A stretch of 64,000 nt of DNA, taken from the NCBI GenBank assembly GCA_021613535.1, contig CP075495.1, forward strand, positions 11,966,001 through 12,030,000. The letters are read 5' to 3'. Shown piece after piece: positions 46,740 to 58,748 of the stretch. The notes under the pieces were generated by a model, which was given only the letters and a program-made list of their open reading frames with translations, was not told the origin of the DNA and did not search any database. The stretch is from Adineta vaga (Eukaryota > Animalia > Rotifera). Numbering within the stretch: position 1 is the first letter of the stretch; each line of letters starts with the position of its first letter. A program made the position numbers and the translations under genes.

Positions 46740-47590
46740 TACTACCAAGTTAATCCAGTATTTGCTAAGCGTCGTAGACGTCTAAAAAAAGATTCAATTA
46801 AAGTATTCCTTCTCATATAATCTGCATTGTACCTCGTATTACACTATGTGGAAATGTTTTATGATGCCAACTGAGTTGTTCACGAACGATATAGGCAATT
46901 ACTGTGACAAAATTCACCACCCAGATCTTATATAGCATATATCTTTCAATGTTTGTTCTTCAAATGTGTATTGAATATGTCCCATTCGAATTGATCAACC
47001 AAACTTACATTGTCAATCAGTATATTTAACTAAAATAGTAATATGATAATGTAAAATATTAACGATGAAATATATATTAAACTATCGAATAATATTTCAT
47101 GTGAATATGATTAAGCACTTGATTCATGAAAGAAAACAATCAAGGCTATAGTTCTTCATTTGATTATCGTGTTACTTTCTTTTAATACTCTAGTACAATA
47201 GATATAAATACAGATCGATATTTCATCGCTTACTTTAATTGTCACGCGTTGATCAATAGTATCAGTTGATAGATGATTCTGATGAGTATCGATTGCGCAA
47301 TAGCTGGTACAAATGTAATAGGATTTAAATCTAAATCTAATCAAATAGCTACAAGATCCTCAGATTGTTGAACATTTTCAAAAGCACGTGAATCATCCAC
47401 ATAATCAAAGTTATCAAGCGAAAAACTAATAGTAAAATATAGAATTGAATATCTTGTACCATAAAGGAAAGTTTTTCTTCTTAGCAATTGCTGTTCGATT
47501 GCGATTAATCGATATTGCTGATGGAATAGCATGGAGATTATGAGAATCTATCGGTAACCATATTGATGGTTTTGATTTATCTCTACAGTA
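46740..47590 (-). pseudogene. Possible decayed multi-exon gene, unidentified
   Basis: Exon-like blocks bounded by ag/gt (SIWLPIDSHNLHAIPSAISINRNR..; FSLDNFDYVDDSRAFENV..*; WVVNFVTVIAYIVREQLSWHHKTFPH) that do not join into one frame. Confidence 0.3.
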
Positions 47591-48467
47591 AGAAAAATAA
47601 TAACTGTTTCTTTTATCGTTTCATAAAGTTTTTCTTACGATCATATTGTAATCGATTCTGTATTCATTGTTCAGTGATTAAGTTCATGCAATCTTACTAA
47701 ACAAAATAAAACGTGATTATCAAACTGGAGATTTTTCGTAAAATACTCCGTGAAGTAAACATAGATGACTACCAATCTACCTCGAAAAAAGAACGACGAA
47801 TAGAACAGAACAGAAACAAAAAACATTCGTAAATATGTTATAGACATACACATACACAGTATGGAAGAATGCAATAATGGATTCACGTCTTTTTGTATTG
47901 ATTTTTACTCTAATTGTTCAAGAATTTCATAGAAGATCAAAGAAAGAAACTGAGAATATCGTGAAGAAATTGTACTTACTTTTGATTTAAATTCATTTAT
48001 CGTGTTGTCAGGAAATTGAGATTGAACAACATATACATAAGAAGGTTCTGTGATTTGATTGGTGTCATTGGCAGCATCTTTGACTGATCAGTGGATAAAA
48101 ATCCAATCGAAGTTCTATGGCAATTTATAAAGAAATCTAGAAGATAAAAATGTATCCAATAGAAGATTATCTTGAGCTTTCATTTATAGAAACTGATGTG
48201 TATATTTTTTGTGAATAGATATATGGATAAATAAACAATTATGTCCGTTCAGATTTGCAATGAATGCTAGACGAACTGCATTACATTACATTACATATAT
48301 GTATTTGCGTTGCGTACGAAAAGAGAAGAGCATAGTAAAGACTATTCAGATTGGTTAAAATATTAGAAACTAATAAAAATCTATTACCATTATAGATGTC
48401 GTCATTTTTTTGTCTGATTTTTCCAAACTTCAAAACAACTTTATTCATAAAAACATAACAAAATATA

Positions 48468-50932
48468 TCAAATTAGCACACATAGAGATGATCGAGGCAC
48501 GTTTGTATCAGTTTTTTCAATTGAAATAGGTACAAAAGCTTTTATATCTTCTAAAAATTGTAAATATTCAGCAATAGCCAGCACTTGTTTTTTCTCTTTC
48601 ATGGTCGATATGACTAATTCATTATTGAGCGATTGAAACATTATCGGTGAGTTTGCTAAACACATTTTATACATCGCAAGAAGGCGAGTTCCAGTCATTT
48701 GTGCACATATAGGTAGAAAATTTTCCAGATTCTTTTTTATGAAAAATTGTTGTACATCATCCATTGACCATTGCTCAATGTTCGAAGGTAAACAATGATC
48801 ACTAAAATTTCAAAACATCATTCGATACTTTATTCATCTATATCATCTTACTCTTTTGCTTGATAAGTCTTTTTGACAACTTCTTTAATTTGTACATTAT
48901 CATTCGATGGTGTTTCATGATGCACAGGTTTTGGATATGATTTCGTTTCTGCTTTTCTTTCTTTACGTGTTCGTTCAATTTCAATTAATAATTTTTTATA
49001 AGCATCTTCAAAACCATACTTAGGAAAATCGACACGCATTCTTCCTGTTACAACAATGCCAAGCCATCCATCAGGTCGATATTGTGCTTTCATTACCAAT
49101 GGAATAATTGAACATTGTCGTTCTAATGCATAATAGGCTTCCATTTTACAATAACCACTTTGTTTATATCCATCAGACATACAAACAAAAACAAATTCAG
49201 CTTTTTCAATAGCATTTGACATTGCTTCAAGTGGTGTACCATGCATTTGATCACGATCTAACCAAACACGAAAGTTATCTCTTTGTAAACGATCATAGAG
49301 TTGAAAACATAAGTCTTTATCTTTATGACAATAACTTATCATTATATCATAAGATAAGTCTGATGATTGATTTGTCGATGTTGATTCTGATGTATCATCT
49401 TTTGTTAAAATCCAAAGTAAACTTTCAGCTGCGTGTTGTAAATCAGCATCTGCAGAATTTTCCGATAGCAATTTGATATGTTCAAGAAAGTCCGTATTTT
49501 GCTTTAATTCATTACGAACATTTGTATTAAATGACATAATAATAAGATTTTCCAATGCACGTTGTCGAATGAGTGTATCATTTTCTGTATTAGTTACACA
49601 ATAGATAAAAAGTGGTAGACCAGATTGTTTATATATTTCATCACGAATTTGGTCATGTTGTAATAAAACTAAATGAAAAAGAAAACCATTCAAATGAAAT
49701 TTTAATTCTTAAACATGCGAATTACTTTTTAAACTTGCCAGTAGATTTTTAAGTCGTACAATCCATGTTGAATCAGATATAACCGATTGTAAATTTTCAA
49801 GAAAAACTTTTGCTATCGCTCCAGAATCATCAAGTCGTTTTATATCATCTTCTGTCATAATGGCCGCTAAAATTCGATAGATATTAAACTGAATTTCTGA
49901 TTCCTCTTTATATATTGTCGTTAACTTTAACATTGTTGGTGTTAATTGTTTATTTTTTAAATGATCTAATACTTTATCACTTTGTGTACTTATATAAACA
50001 TATTGAATAAGATTTCGATGAAGTTCAATCGATCGACAGTTTCCTAAAAGAATTTGAATAGCAAGATCATTTAAAGGTATTTGCACATTAAGATCTTGAT
50101 CATTTGGTACAGTCATTTGTACATAATAAAGAAATATTGCTGTCGTTTTATTTAAAATTGAAATCGCCGAATTAGCCCAATTTTCCCAGGATACAACATA
50201 TGCTTTTATTAACTCGTATATTGATGGAAGTAAATGTTTACGTAAAGTAAGTGCTTGTTCAAAAAGTCGTTCTCTATTCACTATTGAAAGAAAATCTAAT
50301 AAACAATCGAATACGAATATTTCAGCTGGAGTACGTTCTTCAGAATTTGCAGATGTTTTCAATTGACTTACAACGTCGGATGTATACGATGCATAAACAC
50401 ATTTGAATATCGCATCTTCAAATGGTGAATCATTGATGATACAGTATTTATTGCTACTTTGAATACTAATATAATTAATGAGAAGACGATTAATAACTGT
50501 CATATTCGAATTAATAAACATTGATTTTCCAATACGAGCAATAGCATATAAACATTGATTAAATTCTTCAATTAAAGATGCATTATCTAAATAATTACAA
50601 TAATATGAATTTGTAAGGATAATTGATATATTATCAAATGTTTTTGAATCATTCGAATTCTTGAAATCTTTTTTTTCACGCCATTGTTTTAATAATTGTA
50701 CAAAATAATCAGTAAGAAATGTTAAAATTACTTCATTTAGATACATGATATTAATAGACAATAAAGTCGTTACTTTATTTATATCTTGTTGAAAACTTTG
50801 ATCATCTGACGATTGAAGACGTTTCAATTCCTCACAAATTTCATTCAAAATATCATCATTTTGTTGATAAACTTCACCATTTTGATGCCATTCTTCTAAT
50901 TTACTGTAATGCTGCGCAATTAACGTACTCAT
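48468..50932 (-). CDS. Helical/ARM-like repeats + TIR (TIR_2 type) + SAM-like domain + C-terminal CaaX; introns 49725-49669 and 48851-48802
   Basis: TIR YDIMISYCHKD...VWLDRDQMHG...MSNAIEKAEFVFVCMS..YKQSGYCKMEAYYA..IIPL..GWLG; ARM-like segments before it; SAM-like IEQWSMDDVQQFF..MTGTRLL; ends CVLI*. Confidence 0.85.
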
Positions 50933-51452
50933 CGTAAAATTAGAACTCAATTCTACGTCGTTGCAAACTTTAATGCATTACAAACAAACGATGTTTTGGC
51001 ATGATCTACTTTCTTTTTTACCGGTTTCTATGGTGTTTTCTTTTCTTTTGTCAACATAAGCATTTTGATAGGAGTTCTTACTTTGCTTCATCTGACATCA
51101 GATTGTGTAATAACGTTCTTTGCAATAATTTTATCGTATATTTTACTGATTTTGCAAATATAGACACAATAAACGAAATTGATAAATAAAATACTATTAT
51201 CGTTATGAGCCATCACATGTACAAATAGAATGAATATGATCCTAAGATGAAAATAGAATCAGACTTTTAGCGAAAAACTTTTATTGCACATGTTTTTATC
51301 AATAATTAATATTATATTTCGAAGATAACAGTTGATAAAACTATAGTGAGACTTTTTAAGAGAGAAAGATTAAGAAATCCGACAAAATCGATTTACTACA
51401 TCGTATTTTTAATATTCCTGATTGAAAGTTTTTTTTTTCTATGGATAACTAC

Positions 51453-51652
51453 TAGGGCGTGGGTGTGGGATGGGATGGGATGGGACGAAAATTTTTCGTC
51501 CTATACCATCCCATGGGACGAAAAAATTTTTTTGATCCCATCCCATCCCATGATTTTGAAAAATATTTGTCGCATACCATGGGATGCACGGAATAAAAAA
51601 TTATCCCATGGGACGATTTTTTTTGTCCCATCCCATCCCACGCGGAGCCCTG
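51453..51652. mobile_element. hAT-type MITE (200 bp) with an 8-bp TSD
   Basis: TSD ATAACTAC at 51445-51452 and 51653-51660; termini TAGGGC...GCCCTG; subterminal inverted GTGGGATGGGATGGGAC / GTCCCATCCCATCCCAC. Confidence 0.92.
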
Positions 51653-52717
51653 ATAACTACGAATTTTCTGCAGTCTTAATACGTTTCCGTTTCAATTCAT
51701 GTTAACTATATGTATCACTATGAGTAAAATGAGATGACAGCTTGTGAAATTTCGATGAACTGAGCATCGATGAGGGACGAACTCATGTACTTCATAAGAA
51801 TTTTTAACAATTTTCGAACATCTTCATTCTACCTCAGGATCTCGTCGGTTGATTGTAAAATTAACATTTTTTGTTTTAACTTATATCCAATCTGTTGTAG
51901 GAGTACTTATATCTCTGTAGACATCTTTGTAGATACAGTCCTTAGTTCACATTTCACAGTAATATCAGATATTCTCGTGAAAAAAAACACTTATTTTCTT
52001 GCACATTGTTTCATTCGATTTAATAATTTATTAAGAAGTTATTCAAACCTTTCACAATCTATAGTACATGAAAATCATCAGCTATTTCTGCAAGCTATTT
52101 AAATAGAACTTTTATTGATAATTACTACATAATAACATATACTACAGATATATTGTTCACAACAAACATGGATGAAAATATGACTAAATGATAGAAATAA
52201 CCGGTTAAATAGATGGATAGATTCTTTGCTCATATAAATAGGAAATAGGATAACATCAATAGATTTCTTTTGAAGTTACGAGATCTGAGATGTACATATA
52301 TGCAATCATGATAATTCTTAAATGGCATGAAAGACTGCATATATGATATTCAAAACAAATAAGAAGAAGATAAAAATTAAGCCGAGATTTTGTAGAAAAT
52401 CACTTTTACGTTGTTTGTAAGTATCCTGATCATTGATTGTTATCATATACATAAGATAAAAGCCTAGAAGAAGAGTAAAACGTTTTTTTTTTGTTTTATA
52501 TTTTTCCTAAACATATATGAAGACAGAGGAGAAATTATACGTTCGTTTTTGCACGCAACCGAAAAGAAGAAGTAGAGAACATTCTAAAATTCTACATAGA
52601 AGACTGTTCACGAATACAGATAAAATTTTCTTGACAAAAAAATGAACGCCAAAGAGAGAGAGAGTGAGTGTGTGTATGTTTGTGTTAGAAAGAAAAGAAT
52701 AGGAAAAAATGGTGAAT

Positions 52718-55700
52718 TTAACTGCACGCGGCAATAAAAATGTTAAAGATGGCAAGAATAAATAGAAGACAAATGACACAATTGTCTATATAATCGAGTT
52801 TATGTTGTTTGTACTGATCGTTCAAGTCGATTCGCATCACATACATGAGAATAACACCTAGAATATAAGGAAAAACAAATCAATCAGAACTCGAAGAGAC
52901 ATGATTTAGTAGAAAAAAACAACAACACTATTTCTATTAGAACCATTTACATATTAGTACGAAAGAAAAAGAGATCTTATCAATTCAATTAAAGTTTAAA
53001 CATTAAAATTAGAAAAATAATATCAACTACAAATAAAATTGCAACTAATGCAGTTGGAAGTAGAAGAAGAATTTGTTCATAACGTGTCAAATTTTCTAAT
53101 AATGACGCCGTTGGTAATCGATCAAGCCGTGTAAACAGAAACAAGTATAATTGAACAAAGCCTAGAATCCGGGAAGGCAAGATAGTAACGTCGACTACAT
53201 TTACAATAAACAGAAGGGAAAGCGAAAGATATGTACAAGATTAAATAGACGAATGATTACAGTTATCGAAAAGATGAAAGAAGAAAATAGACGAGAGAAA
53301 ATAGATACAAACGAATACTCAGAAGTTCTTCTAGTTTTCTATTCTTGTTTTTCTTTTTGAGGAAACTTACCGATACTAGCACACATAAGAATTGAAACAA
53401 TGCCAAGTGTAACTTGAGTACCATAGAATGAATTCGAGGTATTTCTTGAAAGTACATGTTTTAGTTGTACACTGTTGCTCATAACAATAATCTATGAAAC
53501 AGAAAATATGTATACCTAGACACGATGATTTTACAGTCGATAGCACAAAATTCTTTTACAAAAATTTCATGATATTTTAAATGATATCATTAATATATTA
53601 CTGCGATTGTATCTTAATGTATTTTTATAGAAAAATTGCATGAAATAATAAGATCTATCGAAAATATATTCTAGTTTTGCACAATTATTCTCAAGTACTT
53701 AATGTTTAAAGTTAGCAAAAATCAGTTAGATACGATGATTGTATTCATATAGTACATTAACTATCATTGCGGTTACAATTAATTGATATTCAATGAACGT
53801 TATATAAATGAGCTGAATAGTTACTAATATGAAAATCGTGACAAACATAAAATATAGATCTATTTGTTCGGACAAATATTATCATTAATCTATGAAATAC
53901 TTTTTGTACATAAAATAATTTGTTATCTTTTATCCTAGAAATAGTGAATGTTGTTTCATTTTTGTCGTTTTACTTACCAACAGACACATGATCGTCATAG
54001 ATGTTTTTTTCAATGAATAAAATCGAGGATCTAATAGAGCATTAGGTGGTTGCTAAAGAATAAACATTAATATTAATAATTCGAAAAAAATAATAACTAA
54101 AAATTATGCTCACTGTTTTATCTTGAGCACGTAATGCCGTTGGTACATAACGTTTCATATCGAATCGACGTTTGTCACTTTCGGATTCAACACGTTCTCG
54201 ATCGATCATCGGTGCCTATGGTAAAAGAATAAAAATATTTACTTGGATAAAATATACATAGAATTCTTTGACTTGAAAAGAGCAAAAACAAGATGAGAAC
54301 GCCTTACCTGTGCTAATTCAACAGCATGTTGATCTTCTATCGACATTTTTCTTCTCGTTTACTTTTGTTCTATAGTTGAGATGTATCAAAGAGGAAAATC
54401 GTCTTAAGAATTTTTATCTATAGATTCAATCAATTTCAGAAATTAACATCAATCTCTATCAAAAGTCGACAACTACTTTTATTCTCGATCTATGTAAATA
54501 AATCAGATCAATAATGATAATAAAAAACAAAAACTCCCATAAACAATAAATTGCATCGTTCTCTTATTATCTATTTTAGTAAAAGTCATCGATAACTTTC
54601 TCTTTCTTCTAACTAGCTCGATTATTCTTTATCATCGATCACCAAATATCTATATCGACATGATACTAACAACGGAATCGTACTAGTCTGATAAAAAAAA
54701 TAATACGAAAGAAGAGAAGAGAGGAAAAAATAAGTGTAAATGTGTGCACCATTTGCAAAGGACAATCGACAGGATAAAAAAGAAGAAAGAAAAATACATG
54801 TCGGATATTGAGGATGCTGTTTTGTATTTTCTTTGTCTATACATTGGAATCGAAGAACTCAAACTTCTCGAAAGTATACAAGTACTAACCATACAAATAA
54901 ATTGTTGTATGTCGTGACAATACCTTTTTCGAAAACTATCTACCTCATTGATATTCTTTCTTTCTCTTTCTCTGTCTATTTTTTATTATTGCTTTTCTTT
55001 CGTCTCTCATATACTAAAATCATCTGATGAAAAAAATCATTCATAGAAACAAGAGGAGAGAAAAAAAAGAATACAAACGCATAGCTACAGAATCTATCAG
55101 TAGTGCTGCTACTCATGATGGCTATTTTTATGTCTATGTTATCCTTTCTCAATTTTCTCTACCGCTACTGTAAATATTTTTTGTGTTACTTTGATAAAAT
55201 GGTCAAAAATAAAAGCAATAGAATAAATGTACTGAATTAGTTAGATATAAATACTTGAAAGCTTTTGAGCAGTTAAGCATTCGAAAAGAGAAGGGAAAAA
55301 TGAAGAAAAAAAACAGACGAAAAGTGTATCTTTGTATTTAGCATTTTCTTACGATAATAAACAAGAACAAAATGTAAATTTATGATAAGATTCCTACAGT
55401 GGAGAGAAGAAAAAACGATTGAATACTTTAGATAATGCATTTTTTTGTTTTTCAACCGCAGCTGGCATAGATTTTCTATGTTCTTATGAAAGCATACCGA
55501 CATGTTTAGGTTGAAGTATTCATCACTTTATTATAGGCAAATTACAGTCGAAAACCAAAGATTTTCGTTTGCTTCTGATCATATACAAGATAGAATTCGT
55601 AATAAAACGAGTGTGATTGAGGCAATAAAATCAAATGAAGAGAAAAAGAATAAGAACTACTTACAATATATTTGCCTTGTCGATCAATAATTTCGACATC

Positions 55701-55790
55701 AGCTGTTGATTGTTTTGGTATCGTTGACATACTTGGTGGGGAATTAGTAAGATCTGTTGCTGTAGCTGGATATTGATTATTGAGATCCAT
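52718..55790 (-). CDS. Ninjurin family protein with alternative first exons (55790-55665; 54346-54308) and alternative last exons (53161-52989; 52857-52718)
   Basis: Spliced product ...FYSLKKTSMTIMCLLIIVMSNSVQLKHVL....FYGTQVTLGIVSILMCASIGVILMYVMRIDLND....KLDYIDNCVICLLFILAIFNIFIAACS* follows the ninjurin pattern (YA.KK..A..M....LLMANASQLK.V...DLN....LD.LNN...NIFI.AF). Confidence 0.82.
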
Positions 55791-58573
55791 AGGTAATGAA
55801 GTTTTCTCCTTGGAAGTAGTTGTTGTTGTATCGCCTCGATCTGTAAAGAATGAATAATTATCAGGATATAATGTATCAGGATAGTATATTTTTGTTAAAA
55901 GTTGAGAATGAACAGGACGTTGATTGGCATTGACTATTGATTTGATCACTCATCGTATGAAATGAAATTTTTGCACGTGATGATATTTTATAAAGAAAGA
56001 CGAAGAAAAAAACAAAATACTTGGCATATGTGCGGGTAACTGCTGACGAATGATTTTGTTGCAAACAATCAAAGACAAAATACGTAGAAAAAAAGTGATG
56101 GCTTTGTCGGTTTTTTCTTTGTTCCGTATTTCGCTAACTCAGGCGGTAAAGACAAGAACAAAAAATGCAGCTATGTAATATAGATATCAATTGATCACGA
56201 TGATCGATAGGGTTTCCTCGATATTATTTATCTACGTTTGTGCTTGGTACAATTGTTACTTCATATCAAGGATACAGTGATCTTTTCTAGCATATATCCA
56301 ATAGCAAAAAAGATATGTGATCAAGAAGATTAAAGATTAAATATAAATATATATAACTATGATGAGTATATACATGTCTACCTTAATATCGAACTCACTT
56401 TTATCCAATGTTTGAAATTTGACAATGCTTACAAAATTCTTGTTGAAAGATTTAGCCATTCAAGAAAAAGAAACAAAAGATGTTGCTCTCTGATGATCTA
56501 TAGTCGATGACGATCTGATCATGAAGTATAGCGCGCATTTTTCTTTCGTTAAAAGGTATATACATAATTAAATACGATGATAAAAGAATTTGTAAAGTCA
56601 TCACATCTTCGTATGTGTATTTATATATATACAGGTATTTATATGCGTGTGTCCTTTGAAAATTATCAATGTCAATCTTGACATTTGATGTATCAGATAT
56701 TTTTGTCTATTTAAAAAAGAGAAGGAGGAGATTTGAATATATCTATTATGTATTACATTGAATTATCGTAATAGAGAAGCTTACCGTGATATTTAAAATG
56801 TAATTTGTCTCGAATCGATTGATGAATATTGTTTGGATAGGTGACCTTAAACTAGATAAAGAGAGAAAGATAATCTTAATGATAGTTGATAAATATAGAT
56901 TAATAAATCGATAGATCTCCAGAAACAAAAATACACAAAAGACTGGATGACTACTATTCTAATACTATATTAGTGAGTACAATAACGATAGGCATTATTT
57001 ATTATTTTTTCTTGTTGACATCATGTTATGGACAATAATATGTCACAAGAATAAATGGAAGAGAAAATCTCCTATGTGATTATCAATTCAAAGTAAAGGA
57101 GACAAACAACATAAGCAAGCATTCGTATTCTCTAATCGACTAGTATTAATATCAATATAACAGTATGTGAGATATTCTTTAATGCGCAACTTGATTGACG
57201 CCTATCATCAATCAATGCACCTGCTGATCTATTCGACAAATGAATGATCCAGAATAATAGATTTCTCTAAGACAATATCTGTAGTAAACAATTTCATACA
57301 AGATATACATGATAATGTCAATATTGAGGAATAAAAAAAACATGTGTTGATACTATATTGATTGTTTTTGAAATCTAGAATTGAGTGCAATAGGAAACAA
57401 AACTTACCTTCATGAAATGTAAATAACATGATTGACAATAAATGAAGCAGGAGAGAAAGAATAAAGTGTTTAATGTGTGAATTTGAGAGTGTATAATGTC
57501 TTGATCTACTGAATAAAAATAAGATGTATACTTGAATTTTGTTGTAAATTGAGAAAGAAAAGGATTAGGATATGTATGTAATACGTTCAAACTTCTTTTT
57601 TTCTTTCTCTTAACATTTCGTACAAAAGAGAAAAAAAAGATAAACGATAGGCTGATGAAGAACATGAGAGTATGAGGATTGATCAATCTATTGTGTGAAT
57701 AATTAGGCCTTTATTTACAATTATTTATTCAATAAGAATTGTGTATTCAAGATGAAAGAATTCATACTCATTGATATTATAAAATACAGAACAAATATAA
57801 TATTATCGTTCGCATTAAATTTAATTGAACATGAGAATTACAGAAGATATCTATCAGTGAAGAAGATATAAACCTTATCATTGTTCGATAAATTTTACTT
57901 CTCTCAAATATATTCTTTCAATTTCAGGAGTAGTTTATGCGACTTCATGAATGATAACAGCTGTTACAACTTCAAAACTTGACGTATAGTATTTATTATT
58001 CTTATTCTTCTTTAAATCATAAAAAAATTAATTCAATCTTAATAAATCTGTTGCTTGCAATGGACACTTTTCAGCAAAGAAACGATTTGAGACCTACATA
58101 TAAATACGTTATCAATACGATTGATAGAGCAATGTCTATCTCAATGATGCCAACAAAATCCGTATCAGATTTGATTACATGATATCAGTAACGACCATAT
58201 AAACAATCGTTCACCATATTAATAATTTGTCTCAAGATTTCCTACTTCTATGATGTTCGAGTTTTAATTTTCTTTATTATCTAAACTCTAAAGATTACTA
58301 TTTTCAGATGAAAAGATACATATCAGCTTGTTCGTGGTTTTGACTTTTCTCTGCATTTTTGTTAGCTGATGAGCTTGTATTTATAATATCTTCTCATGCC
58401 ATTTTTCTGTAATGAGAAAAAATGCTTCCTTTCCGCTCATGACTCCTCTTTCTCACCTTCCATGAGATTGATGCATGAATTTGTCTTTAGTCAAGATCAC
58501 ATATCTTGGAATTATCTGTATGAGCTAGGATTCAAGTATCATCACCTGAAATCTGTGAATTTATACAGAAAAT

Positions 58574-58620
58574 AATAACCAATCGATAGATAATTCTAAT
58601 AATCAACGCGATTGGTTATT
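58574..58620. promoter_or_regulatory. Inverted pair of CCAAT boxes upstream of TOM70
   Basis: AATAACCAATCG-N23-CGATTGGTTATT, a perfect 12-bp inverted repeat about 130 nt before the ATG. Confidence 0.5.
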
Positions 58621-58748
58621 TTGAAAGCCAATGTAAACAAAAGGAGAATTGTATGTATGGGTTTTTGAGCGCGTTTGTCTGACAGAATTCTTTTCCAAAG
58701 ATTATTTTTCCTTTTCCTTCAAAATCAATTCTCGATTATCAAATTTCA

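Noticed and set aside
51346-51705. 119-aa ORF with WDGMGWD/IPSHP repeats
   Set aside because: Translation of the MITE's GGGAT repeats.
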